Assembly (NCBI GenBank): GCA_003170135.1
Contig: PMZR01000084.1
Location: 36,674 to 100,673 of the forward strand
DNA: 64,000 bases
Direction of reading: 5' to 3'
Origin: Acidobacteriota bacterium
GTDB taxonomy: Bacteria > Acidobacteriota > Vicinamibacteria > Vicinamibacterales > Fen-181
A program made the translations under genes and the position numbers. Below are positions 33,604 to 42,285 of the stretch, piece after piece (position 1 is the stretch's first letter; every line of letters begins with the position of its first letter). The notes under the pieces were generated by a model. That model saw only the letters and a program-made list of their open reading frames with translations. It was not told the DNA's origin and ran no database searches.

Positions 33604-35004
33604 TCAGGCGAGGAATTCCCGCGCGAAGGTGACGAACGACCAGACGTCGGCAAAGTTGCTGGCGAGTCCGAGGGAGACGCGAACGGCGCCGCTGCTCCTG
33701 CCGTCCACGCATCGGCGGAAGTCGTCGTAGCTCATTCGCTCGGGCGACCCGGCGAAGCAGGATTTCATCTGGTCGGGTGAGATGCCCAGCGCGAGTTCGC
33801 CGGCGCCCGGGTTGCAGAAGCATCCCGAGCGAATCGAGATTTGCCGCGCGCTCGCCCTGGCCTCGATCACCTGGTGGTCGATGAACGCGCCGGACTCATC
33901 GCGAAAATTCAACGTGATCGTCCCGCCGCGCTGCTCCATATCTGCCGGCCCGTAGATGGTGACGAGAGGACGCCCGGATCGGTGGCGAAGTTCGAGCAGG
34001 CGCGCGACGAGCCAGCCGGTCAGCGCGCGCACGCGGTCATGGATCACATCGATGCCAATCCGCTCGATGAAGCTCAGGCCGATGTCAACTGCCGCCAGCC
34101 CGCTGAAATTCGGCGTGCCATCCTCGAAGCCGCTCGCCCCCGACGCCAAATAGTGCCGGTCCGCGCCGACCGACGCCACCGTGATGGTGCCTCCGGCGAA
34201 CCACGGCCGCTGCAGTCGCGCGAGGGCCGGCAGGCGCGCGATGAGCGCGCCCACGCCGGTCGGGTACCCGAAGATCTTGTAGAAGGACACGACGACGAAG
34301 TCGGGGCGCCAGCGGCGCAGGTCCAGGCGGTTCGTCGGCACGAATGCCGCCGCGTCGAGCAGCACGTCCCATCCTCTGGACTGGGCGGCCGCCACCCAGT
34401 CGAGCGCGTGGTGAACACCCGAGAAGTTCGACTGGGCGGGGAAGGCGAACAGGCCTGGAGAGGCCCCTCGGGCCGGCGTGAGCGCCTCCTCGACCGTCGA
34501 TCGGTCAACGCGCATGTCCGGCGGGACGACGGGCACATAACTTGTCGCGGCGCCCCGAGCCCGCGCGAACTCGCGGATGCCGTTCACGGAGTTGTGATTG
34601 TCGAACGTCAGCAGGAACGGGCGGGCCGGCCCGAAGGGATACGATTCTCCAACCAGCTTGAGCGCGTGGCTCGCGTTCGCCGTGAAGACGACGCAGTAGT
34701 CCTCTTCCGGCGCATTGAAGAACGACAGGACGTGCCGCCGCGCCGATTCGACCAGTTGCGTGGACAGCTGCGACGTGGGATTCGCCGAGTGCGGGTTGCC
34801 GAGGACGCTCCCGAGCAGCAGGTCCATGTGTTGGCGGACCTGCGACTCGCCGTACAGGCCCGCGCCCGTGTAATCGAGATAGACGTGCCGCGCGCGATCC
34901 AGCCTGGCGAATTCGCGCGCGCGCAGATCGTCGAGCGCAGTCGGCTCGTACCCCGGCCACGCCGCGAGGAACCTCTTGAACTCGTCCGCTGCCGGCACCA
35001 TCAC
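33604..35004 (-). CDS. Class V aminotransferase-fold PLP enzyme, molybdenum-cofactor-sulfurase (MOCOS/ABA3 N-domain)-like
   Basis: 466 aa. YLDYTGAGLY, SFYKIFGYPTGVGAL (PLP-Lys) and SIRSGCFCNPGAGE motifs. Confidence 0.7.
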   Translation of the reverse strand: MMVPAADEFKRFLAAWPGYEPTALDDLRAREFARLDRARHVYLDYTGAGLYGESQVRQHMDLLLGSVLGNPHSANPTSQLSTQLVESARRHVLSFFNAPEEDYCVVFTANASHALKLVGESYPFGPARPFLLTFDNHNSVNGIREFARARGAATSYVPVVPPDMRVDRSTVEEALTPARGASPGLFAFPAQSNFSGVHHALDWVAAAQSRGWDVLLDAAAFVPTNRLDLRRWRPDFVVVSFYKIFGYPTGVGALIARLPALARLQRPWFAGGTITVASVGADRHYLASGASGFEDGTPNFSGLAAVDIGLSFIERIGIDVIHDRVRALTGWLVARLLELRHRSGRPLVTIYGPADMEQRGGTITLNFRDESGAFIDHQVIEARASARQISIRSGCFCNPGAGELALGISPDQMKSCFAGSPERMSYDDFRRCVDGRSSGAVRVSLGLASNFADVWSFVTFAREFLA

Positions 35005-35022
35005 ACCCCTCCGCCCGCCGCC

Positions 35023-35742
35023 TCAGCCGCGGCCGGGGACGAAGAGCATCGGGAGCCTGCAATTTCGCAGCAGTCGCTCGGCTGACTCCCGAAACCCGTA
35101 GCCCGCACGTGATTGTCTGGGGATAACCATCAGGGTGGCGTGCCGTTCGCGCGCGATGTCGGCCTCGCAAGTCGCCGCGCCAGGGGCGATCTCGCCGCCG
35201 AACGCCTGCGCCAACCCGATCGCATAGCGAACCGCCTCGTCGTCGAACTGCGAGCCGGCGACCACGAGCGGGCGCTCGAAAATCGCTTCGACGGTCTCAT
35301 CCTCGCCAGCCGCACGCACGACGAGGAGCGGGGTCGGCGTTTCCGAGACGACCCGTTCGGCAACCGACCCAAGCCACCAACGGCTGGGACCTCGCCGACC
35401 GTGTGTCCCCATCACAGCGAGGTCCGCCGATCGCACCGCCTCGAGGATCGCCGTTGCGGGCGCTCCATCGACCACGCGCGCCGAGAAGGGCACATCGACC
35501 AGGGGCCCGACGAACGCCGACACGTGGCGGTCAGCCGCGGCGCGGGCGACCCGCAACTCGCGCTCGAGCACCGCAATCTGCTCGTGCGTGAAGTAGGCGG
35601 GCGCCTCGACTGCCTCGACGTGCAGCGCCTGCAGCCCGGCGTGGAAGCGGCGTGCCAGGGTTCCTGCGACCTGAACCGCCCGCCGCGACGCTTCGCCGAA
35701 ATCCACGGGCACGAGGATCTGTGCAGGCGGATAGTTCCACAT
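35023..35742 (-). CDS. Universal stress protein, tandem Usp domains
   Basis: ILVPVDFGEASRRAV and MGTHGRRG...GSVAERV motifs. A second, degenerate Usp repeat follows. Confidence 0.7.
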   Translation of the reverse strand: MWNYPPAQILVPVDFGEASRRAVQVAGTLARRFHAGLQALHVEAVEAPAYFTHEQIAVLERELRVARAAADRHVSAFVGPLVDVPFSARVVDGAPATAILEAVRSADLAVMGTHGRRGPSRWWLGSVAERVVSETPTPLLVVRAAGEDETVEAIFERPLVVAGSQFDDEAVRYAIGLAQAFGGEIAPGAATCEADIARERHATLMVIPRQSRAGYGFRESAERLLRNCRLPMLFVPGRG

Positions 35743-35785
35743 GGACGCCCCCACGCAAACGAGGTGACAGCCCGTCTGGCAGCCG

Positions 35786-36193
35786 TCAGCGCGCCACAGC
35801 GGTCACAACGGTCCTGACGTCGAACTGCGGCGGCGCCTCGAGATGTTTCTTCACGGCGCACTGCCCCGCTGCGCGCACCAGGGCGTCGTGGTACCTTTCC
35901 GGGAACGAGGGCGGCACTTGGATGTCCAACGCAATCTTCGCAACCATGCCGGTGCGCGGATCCGTCGCCATCCGCTGCGCGATCTGGATGCCCTCGGTCG
36001 AGAGGCCGCGTTGCCTGCAGAAGCCGAGGACGTAGATTCCGGCGCAGGTGCCAATAGACGCGAGGAACAGTGCAAACGGCGGCGGTGCCGATCCCTCGCC
36101 GCCCGCCTGCGGCGGCTGGTCTGTCGATATCGTGAACGCACCAAATTGTGCGTCGACGCGCGCTCCGCCCGGGAAGGTGATCGTCATGTCCAT
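35786..36193 (-). CDS. OsmC/Ohr-family protein
   Basis: 135 aa from MDMTITF. PPPFALFLASIGTCAGI and AAGQCAVKKHL carry the two conserved Cys. Confidence 0.7.
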   Translation of the reverse strand: MDMTITFPGGARVDAQFGAFTISTDQPPQAGGEGSAPPPFALFLASIGTCAGIYVLGFCRQRGLSTEGIQIAQRMATDPRTGMVAKIALDIQVPPSFPERYHDALVRAAGQCAVKKHLEAPPQFDVRTVVTAVAR

Positions 36194-36509
36194 GATGACC
36201 TCTGCGGTTATGTCGAGTCTCGCCAGGCAGCGATGCCGGGCCTCTTCCAGAGATGCAGGGGCGAGCGAAAGGTGACGGCATGACACCGGGATATCGGCAC
36301 AGATCGAGCCGGGCCCGGCCGGTTTACCGCGGCAAACTCAGCAGCAGCGATCGATGGGCCGCCTCGTGACGGGGCACCGCGGGCGTTCGCCCGCTCCTCC
36401 TGGATCATCGCTTCCGCGCGCAGGTACGCCACGATACAATATAGTCGTTTCCCGCGTTCCATCTGCCCCCCTTGGTTCTCCCAACATCTGTGCGCGGAGG
36501 GTTGCTGAC

Positions 36510-37445
36510 GTGAGTGTGGTGGTGTACTGCGCGATCTACACCGGGACGATCGCGTTCCTGGTCGCGTGCGTCGTCCGCGCGGCCAGGTACGCTCGCGCGC
36601 CCGTGCACCTGCGCTGGGAGCTGTACCCGGTCCCGCACGAGCAGCCCGCGCGCGTCCGGCACGGTGGCTCGTACTTCGAGGAGGTCGACTGGTGGAAGCG
36701 CCCGCGCCGCTTCAACCTGGCGGGCGAGTTGCGGTTCATGATTCCCGAGATGGTGTTTCTCAAGGGGCTGTGGGAATGGAACAGGACGCTGTGGTACCGG
36801 TCCTTCCCCTTCCACTTCGGACTCTACTTGCTGGCAGCTGCGGGCGTTCTGCTCGTGGCCACCGCCCTGGGCACGATGGCGGTGTCCCCGGTTTCGGGCA
36901 ACACGCTCATGATGGTGCTCCGCGGCTTGTATTGGACCGCCGGGATCGGCGGCGGCGTCCTTGCGTTCTGCGGCTCGCTCGCCCTGATGCACCGCCGCCT
37001 GACCGATAAGGTCCTTCGCATCTACCGCGCGCCCGCTGACATCTTCAACCTGGCGATCTTCGCGACGACGCTTGCCGTGGTCGGTGCCGGCTACCTCGCG
37101 GCCGGCCCGGCATTCCCGGGGGCGCTCGCGTTCACGCGGGCTCTTCTGCGCTTCGACACGAACGTCCACGTGCCCGGTCTCCTTGGCGCGGGCCTCGTTC
37201 TCGCGTCCGCGCTCGTCGCCTACATTCCCCTGACGCACATGTCCCACTTCATCGCCAAGTACTTCACCTACCACGCCGTCCGATGGGACGATCGCCCGAA
37301 CGTGGCGGGCGGGCGCCTGGAGCACCGGATCGCCGCGTGCCTGGCGATGCGGCCGACGTGGGCGGCGCGGCACGTCGGTGCGGACGGCACCAGGACGTGG
37401 GTGGATCTCGCCCTGGCCAATCCCTCCGAAGGGGCGAAGAAGTGA
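36510..37445 (+). CDS. NarI/DsrM-like membrane haem b subunit (second copy)
   Basis: GTG 36510 with GGAGGG upstream. Five to six TM segments. IPLTHMSHFIAKYFTYH corresponds to the DsrM PFSKLMH region. GTGA overlap with the next gene. Confidence 0.7.
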   Translation: MSVVVYCAIYTGTIAFLVACVVRAARYARAPVHLRWELYPVPHEQPARVRHGGSYFEEVDWWKRPRRFNLAGELRFMIPEMVFLKGLWEWNRTLWYRSFPFHFGLYLLAAAGVLLVATALGTMAVSPVSGNTLMMVLRGLYWTAGIGGGVLAFCGSLALMHRRLTDKVLRIYRAPADIFNLAIFATTLAVVGAGYLAAGPAFPGALAFTRALLRFDTNVHVPGLLGAGLVLASALVAYIPLTHMSHFIAKYFTYHAVRWDDRPNVAGGRLEHRIAACLAMRPTWAARHVGADGTRTWVDLALANPSEGAKK

Positions 37446-39049
37446 GCGACGAACCCAGGCTGTCCGACATGAGCCGGCGGGATCGGGAGCCGCTCGTCCA
37501 CGTCGAGAACAGCCGCCTGATGCCGCTCCCGCCGCCGCTCGACGACGCCGCGGCGGAACGGCCCTGGAAGCCGCTGTCCGAGCAGGCGCGCGAGCAGTAC
37601 GAGTGCGACCTCGACGACACCTGCGCCGTGAACATTCCACGCCCGGCCACCGAGGCTGACGAGCAGGATCTGGTGCGCCGGTTCCTGTCCGGCCTCGACA
37701 AGCTGTTCACGCCGGAGAACAACTGGACGTTCCTGCAGCCGCTGGTGCTCACGATGGAGCACTGCGCGAAGTGCCAGACGTGTGCGGACGCATGTCACGT
37801 GTTCGAGGCGAGCGGCCGCAACGAGATCTATCGCCCCACGTTTCGGTCCGAGGTGCTGCGCCGGCTCTATTTCAAGCACGTCAAGCACGGCGGGCTCGTG
37901 TCGGCGTGGCAGCACGGCGACGTCGATTTGAACTGGCCGCTGGTCGCCCGCCTGATCGAGCTGTCCTACCGCTGCAACCTGTGCCGCCGCTGCGCGCAGA
38001 CGTGCCCGATCGGCGCCGACAACGGCCTCGTGGCGCACGAGCTGCGCAAGCTGTTCAGCCAGGAAATGGGCATCGCGCCGAAGGAGCTCCACGACAGCGG
38101 CTCGATGCTGCAGCTCAAGATCGGGTCGTCGACCGGCATGAACGCGCAGGTGGTGAAGGACAACATCGACTTCATCGACGAGGAGACCTCCGAACGGACC
38201 GGCGTGACGGTCAAGACGCGCTGGGACGTGGAAGGCGCGGATGTCCTCCTGCTCCACAACGCCGGCGAGATCCTGGCGTGGCCCGAGAACCCGGGCGCCT
38301 TCGCCGTCATCCTGGACGCCGCGGGCATCTCCTGGACGCTCTCCTCGGATGTTGCCGGGTATGACGCCATCAACTACGGCTTGTGGTACGACGACACGCA
38401 GTTCGCGCGGGTCGCCATCAAGCACGCCGAGGCCGCGAAGAAGCTCAAGGTGAAGAAGATCGTGATCGGCGAGTGCGGCCACGCGCACAAGGCGCTGGCG
38501 GTGATTGCCGATCGCGTGCTGATTGGCGAGCTCAACATCCCGCGCGAGAGTGCGTTGACGCTGCTGCGCGACATCGTCGTCGGCGGCCGTCTGACGCTCG
38601 ACCCGTCGCGCAACGACTTCCCCGTGACGCTGCACGACCCGTGCAACCTTGTGCGCCTGATGGGCGTCGTCGAACCGCAGCGGGAGATCCTGCGCGCGAT
38701 CTGCCCGCAGTTCCGCGAGATGCATCCGCACGGCGTGGACAACTACTGCTGCGGCGGCGGAAGCGGGTTCGCGATCATGAGCGGGAACAACTTCCCCGAC
38801 TGGCGATTCCACGTGTCCGGACGCAAGAAGCTCCAGCAGGTGCTGAACGCGTTTGCCGACTGTCTCGACCCGTCGGTGCCGAAGTACCTCTGCGCCCCGT
38901 GCAGCAACTGCAAGGGCCAGCTGCGCGACCTCCTCAGTTACTACGGGCTGTGGGAGAAGAACCGTATCCTCTATGGCGGCCTGGTCGAGCTCATCGTGAA
39001 CGCGATGACCGACGTGAACCCCGGCTTCATCGAGTGGGAGTGGAGATGA
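37442..39049 (+). CDS. HdrD/DsrK-like Fe-S CCG-domain oxidoreductase (second copy)
   Basis: CAKCQTCADACH and CNLCRRCAQTCP clusters. ECGHAHK, HDPCNLVR, YCCGGGSG and CAPCSNCKG motifs. Start is GTG 37442 or ATG 37469. Confidence 0.8.
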   Translation: MSDEPRLSDMSRRDREPLVHVENSRLMPLPPPLDDAAAERPWKPLSEQAREQYECDLDDTCAVNIPRPATEADEQDLVRRFLSGLDKLFTPENNWTFLQPLVLTMEHCAKCQTCADACHVFEASGRNEIYRPTFRSEVLRRLYFKHVKHGGLVSAWQHGDVDLNWPLVARLIELSYRCNLCRRCAQTCPIGADNGLVAHELRKLFSQEMGIAPKELHDSGSMLQLKIGSSTGMNAQVVKDNIDFIDEETSERTGVTVKTRWDVEGADVLLLHNAGEILAWPENPGAFAVILDAAGISWTLSSDVAGYDAINYGLWYDDTQFARVAIKHAEAAKKLKVKKIVIGECGHAHKALAVIADRVLIGELNIPRESALTLLRDIVVGGRLTLDPSRNDFPVTLHDPCNLVRLMGVVEPQREILRAICPQFREMHPHGVDNYCCGGGSGFAIMSGNNFPDWRFHVSGRKKLQQVLNAFADCLDPSVPKYLCAPCSNCKGQLRDLLSYYGLWEKNRILYGGLVELIVNAMTDVNPGFIEWEWR

Positions 39050-39050
39050 A

Positions 39051-39099
39051 GTGCGAGGTGCGCGGTGCGCAGTGCGGGGTGCCGGGTGCCGGGTGCGGG
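39051..39099. repeat. Tandem heptanucleotide array, GTGCSNG x7
   Basis: gtgcgag gtgcgcg gtgcgca gtgcggg gtgccgg gtgccgg gtgcggg, directly abutting the left end of the IS. Confidence 0.95.
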
Positions 39100-39102
39100 G
39101 TT

Positions 39103-40443
39103 TAGTCTAAAGACATAGGTAACACTTCTGTCCAGAGACATCGGTAACACTGGGGTATCCGAGGAGGAGCCCCAGATGCCGTGGCAACCGGTGTCGACCA
39201 TGGACCAGAAGACCCAGTTCGTTCAGGACTACTACCGCGAGATGTTTCCCACGATGACTGAGTTGTGCGAGTACTACGGAATCGCGCGCAAAACCGGGTA
39301 CAAGTTCATCCATCAGTTCGAGGCCCACGGCCGCGCCGGTCTGGCGGAGAAGTCGCGGCGCCCGCACGGCTGCCCCTGGGCGACGCCAGACGACCAGGTC
39401 GCGCGCATCGTCGGGCTGCGTGACCGTCATCCGAGTTGGGGCGCCCGCAAGCTGCTGGCGGTTCTCCAGAACCGGCATCCCACGACGGAATGGGCCGCGC
39501 CGAGCACCGTGTCGCTTCTTCTGAAACGGCAGGGTCTCGTCGGCAGTCGGCGTCGCCGGGCCCCTGTCCCCGCGCGCCTCCGAGTGCCGCATGTCGTGGC
39601 CGCGGCGCCCAACCACGTCTGGACCGCCGATTTCAAGGGCCACTTCCGCACCGGCGACCGTCGATACTGCTATCCGCTGACCGTCATGGACCGCTTCAGC
39701 CGCTACCTGCTCGACTGCCACGGCATGCTCTCGCCCAACGAGCTCGAGACCCGCCGGCGCGTCGAGCACCTGTTCCGGGTCTTTGGGTTGCCGACCGTCG
39801 TGCGCACCGATAACGGCGCGCCCTTCGCCAGCACCGGGCTGGCGGGCTTGTCGCACCTCTCAGTCTGGTGGTTGCGACTGGGCATCGTGCTCGACCCGAT
39901 CCGGCCCGGACATCCCGAAGAAAACGCGAGCCATGAGCGGTTTCATCGCACGCTCAAGCGTGAGACGGCCCAGCCGCCCGCCGGGTCCTGCTCGGCCCAG
40001 CAGCGGCGCTTTAACACGTTCGGCCCGGAGTACAACCACGTGCGGCCGCACGAAGCGCTCGGGCAGATCCCGCCTGGTGACGTCTACGAGCCGTCCTGTC
40101 GGTCCATGCCGGCCGCGCTGCCGCCACTCGAGTATCCGGGGCACTTCGAAGTCCGACGCGTGGGACCGAGCGGCTGCTTTTCCTGGAGCCACGTGCATGT
40201 CTTCGTGAGCCACGTCCTGCGCGGAGAACACCTCGGTTTCGAAGAGATCGATGATGGCCTGTGGGCGGTCTACTTCTGCGCGCAGCGACTCGCGCGTTTC
40301 GACGAACGCACCAAGCGGATTCTGCCCACGCATGAACGTCGTACAACCCCGAGCAACGCCGCGTCCGCGGGTCCCCAGGGCTGATGAGGGCCCCGCTCCC
40401 GCGGCTCGTGCTTCGCTCGATCTGTTACCGATGTCCTTGACTG
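39103..40443 (+). mobile_element. IS481-family insertion sequence (~1.34 kb)
   Basis: Imperfect terminal inverted repeats: tagtctaaagacataggtaacac (left) versus the reverse complement of tctgttaccgatgtccttgactg (right), about 18/23 matching. Single DDE transposase ORF. Flanked on both sides by GTGCSGG heptamers. Confidence 0.8.
39176..40384 (+). CDS. IS481-family DDE transposase (rve integrase core)
   Basis: 402 aa with GAGGAGGAG upstream. N-terminal HTH. WTADFKG, VRTDNGAPF and HPEENASHERFHRTLK (D, D, E region). Confidence 0.88.
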   Translation: MPWQPVSTMDQKTQFVQDYYREMFPTMTELCEYYGIARKTGYKFIHQFEAHGRAGLAEKSRRPHGCPWATPDDQVARIVGLRDRHPSWGARKLLAVLQNRHPTTEWAAPSTVSLLLKRQGLVGSRRRRAPVPARLRVPHVVAAAPNHVWTADFKGHFRTGDRRYCYPLTVMDRFSRYLLDCHGMLSPNELETRRRVEHLFRVFGLPTVVRTDNGAPFASTGLAGLSHLSVWWLRLGIVLDPIRPGHPEENASHERFHRTLKRETAQPPAGSCSAQQRRFNTFGPEYNHVRPHEALGQIPPGDVYEPSCRSMPAALPPLEYPGHFEVRRVGPSGCFSWSHVHVFVSHVLRGEHLGFEEIDDGLWAVYFCAQRLARFDERTKRILPTHERRTTPSNAASAGPQG

Positions 40444-40478
40444 TTCCCGGGGTGCCGTGCCGGGCGCCGCGGGCTGAC

Positions 40479-40500
40479 GTGCCGGGTGCGGGGTGCGGTG
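40479..40500. repeat. Heptanucleotide array remnant, GTGCSGG x3, right of the IS
   Basis: gtgccgg gtgcggg gtgcggt. Confidence 0.8.
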
Positions 40501-40516
40501 AAACGGGGGATCTGCG

Positions 40517-40891
40517 ATGGCGAAGAAGATTCTGATCGTCGACGACGAGCCCGACGTGGTCACGTACCTGTCGGCAGTCCTCAACGACAACGGCTTCGAG
40601 GCGATCGGCGCCTCGAATGGCGCGGAAGCGCTGGAGAGGGTGCGCCGGGACCATCCCAGCCTGATCACGCTCGATATCACGATGCCCGAGATGAGCGGCG
40701 TGAAAGCCTACCGGACGCTGAAGGATGATGCCGCGCTGAAGGCGATCCCGGTCGTCATCGTCACCGGCATGGCGCACGACTTCAAGCGGTTCATCTCGAC
40801 GCGCGAGCACGTCCCGCCGCCGGACGGCTACCTGGAGAAGCCGGTCAACCCGGAGGATCTCCTGGCGGAAGTGAAGAGGCTGCTGGCTTGA
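40517..40891 (+). CDS. Stand-alone response-regulator receiver (CheY-like)
   Basis: 124 aa. ILIVDDEPD, phospho-acceptor LITLDITMP, and GYLEKPV Lys. Confidence 0.85.
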   Translation: MAKKILIVDDEPDVVTYLSAVLNDNGFEAIGASNGAEALERVRRDHPSLITLDITMPEMSGVKAYRTLKDDAALKAIPVVIVTGMAHDFKRFISTREHVPPPDGYLEKPVNPEDLLAEVKRLLA

Positions 40892-42284
40892 CAGGCGGAA
40901 TCCGGACCCTGAACCGGGTGCCTACGTGCAAGGTCGAGTCGATCGTGATGGTCCCGCCATGCGCCGCCGCGATTTTCTGCGCGACGAACAGCCCGAGGCC
41001 GGTGCCCTCGGTGCCCTTCGACGAGAAGAACGCACTGAAGGCCCGCTCGCGGGTCTCCTGGTCCATGCCAATCCCGTTGTCCACCACCTCGAACAGCACG
41101 TCGTCGCCGTCCCGGTGAACGTCGAGCGAGACGTGGTGATCCGGCCGGGCGGCATCCGTCCGGCACGCATCGAGGGAGTTCTCGACGAGGTTTACCAGCA
41201 GCGAATGCAGCGCGCGCGGGTCCGCGTCGAGCGGCGCAAGCGCTTCCTCCACCCGCGCCTCGAGCGTGACGCCGAGGTCCACGGCCCGCCGCGATAGCAC
41301 CTCGATGACGTCGCGCGCGAGCGCGCCCGGATCGATCGCCTCGCGCTGCAACTCCCGGTCCTTGGCGTAATAGAGCACGTTGAGCACCATGCTCCGGATG
41401 CGTTCGATGTTGCGCCGGACCATCTCCCAGCCGCGCCGCACCCGCTCCGAGTCGTCCTTTCCGAAGCCGGTCTCGACCAGGTAAATCCCGCCGTTGAGGC
41501 CGTTGAGCAGGCCCTTGATACCGTGCGAGATCGATCCGACGACCAGGCCCAGCGAGGCGAGCTGCGACTCGAGCCGGCGGAGCTCGGTGATGTTGGTGGA
41601 CATCTCCATCACCGACGTGATCTCGCCGTTCGGGTCGCGGATGGCTGCCGTGTATACGAGCACGTTGATGTGACGGCCGTCCCGCGCGGTCACGATTTCC
41701 TCGCTGACGTGGCTCTCGCCGTCCTCGAAGGTCATCGAGACGGGGCACATCAGGCATGGCTCGGTGCGGTGCTTGTAGACTTCGTAGCAGTGCCCTTCGA
41801 GCGCGTCTCCGAAGTCGTCGCGGAAGCGGCGGTTGGCTTCGAGGATCCGGCGATTCCGGTCCTGCACCGAGATGTAGCAGGGCACTTCCTCGAACAGCGT
41901 CCGGCACCGCAGCTGCAGCCGCTTGATCTCGGTGATGTCGGTGGCGGTCTTGACGACCGACACAATCGCGCCGGAGGCGTCCCGGACGGGCGACGTCCGG
42001 ATCAGCACGCGCATCTCCGTCCCGTCCCGTCGTCTCAGGATCTCCTCGCGAGTACGCGGCTCCCCGTCTCGAAACGTGTCCCCGACCGGGCATTTCGCGC
42101 AGGGAACCGTGCCGTGCTTGTACACGCGGTAGCAGAGGCCGCCGGCCTCGGCTCCGAAGTCTTCGGCGAATCGCTGGTTGACAGACAACAGGCGATGCGC
42201 GCGGTCCTGGACCGACACGTACCCGGGGAGCGCGTCGAAGTACCTGCGGTAGACGTCCTCCACGACGATCTCCTCCGGCAACAC
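40845..42284 (-). CDS. Cytoplasmic sensor histidine kinase with two Cys-motif PAS domains
   Basis: 479 aa. Two PAS repeats each with C-x11-C-x2-C (CYRVYKHGTVPCAKC; CYEVYKHRTEPCLMC). H-box GSISHGIKGLLNG. N, G1 and G2 boxes (LVENSLDA, DNGIGM, GTGLGL). Confidence 0.8.
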   Translation of the reverse strand: MLPEEIVVEDVYRRYFDALPGYVSVQDRAHRLLSVNQRFAEDFGAEAGGLCYRVYKHGTVPCAKCPVGDTFRDGEPRTREEILRRRDGTEMRVLIRTSPVRDASGAIVSVVKTATDITEIKRLQLRCRTLFEEVPCYISVQDRNRRILEANRRFRDDFGDALEGHCYEVYKHRTEPCLMCPVSMTFEDGESHVSEEIVTARDGRHINVLVYTAAIRDPNGEITSVMEMSTNITELRRLESQLASLGLVVGSISHGIKGLLNGLNGGIYLVETGFGKDDSERVRRGWEMVRRNIERIRSMVLNVLYYAKDRELQREAIDPGALARDVIEVLSRRAVDLGVTLEARVEEALAPLDADPRALHSLLVNLVENSLDACRTDAARPDHHVSLDVHRDGDDVLFEVVDNGIGMDQETRERAFSAFFSSKGTEGTGLGLFVAQKIAAAHGGTITIDSTLHVGTRFRVRIPPVKPAASSLPPGDPPG

Positions 42285-42285
42285 G

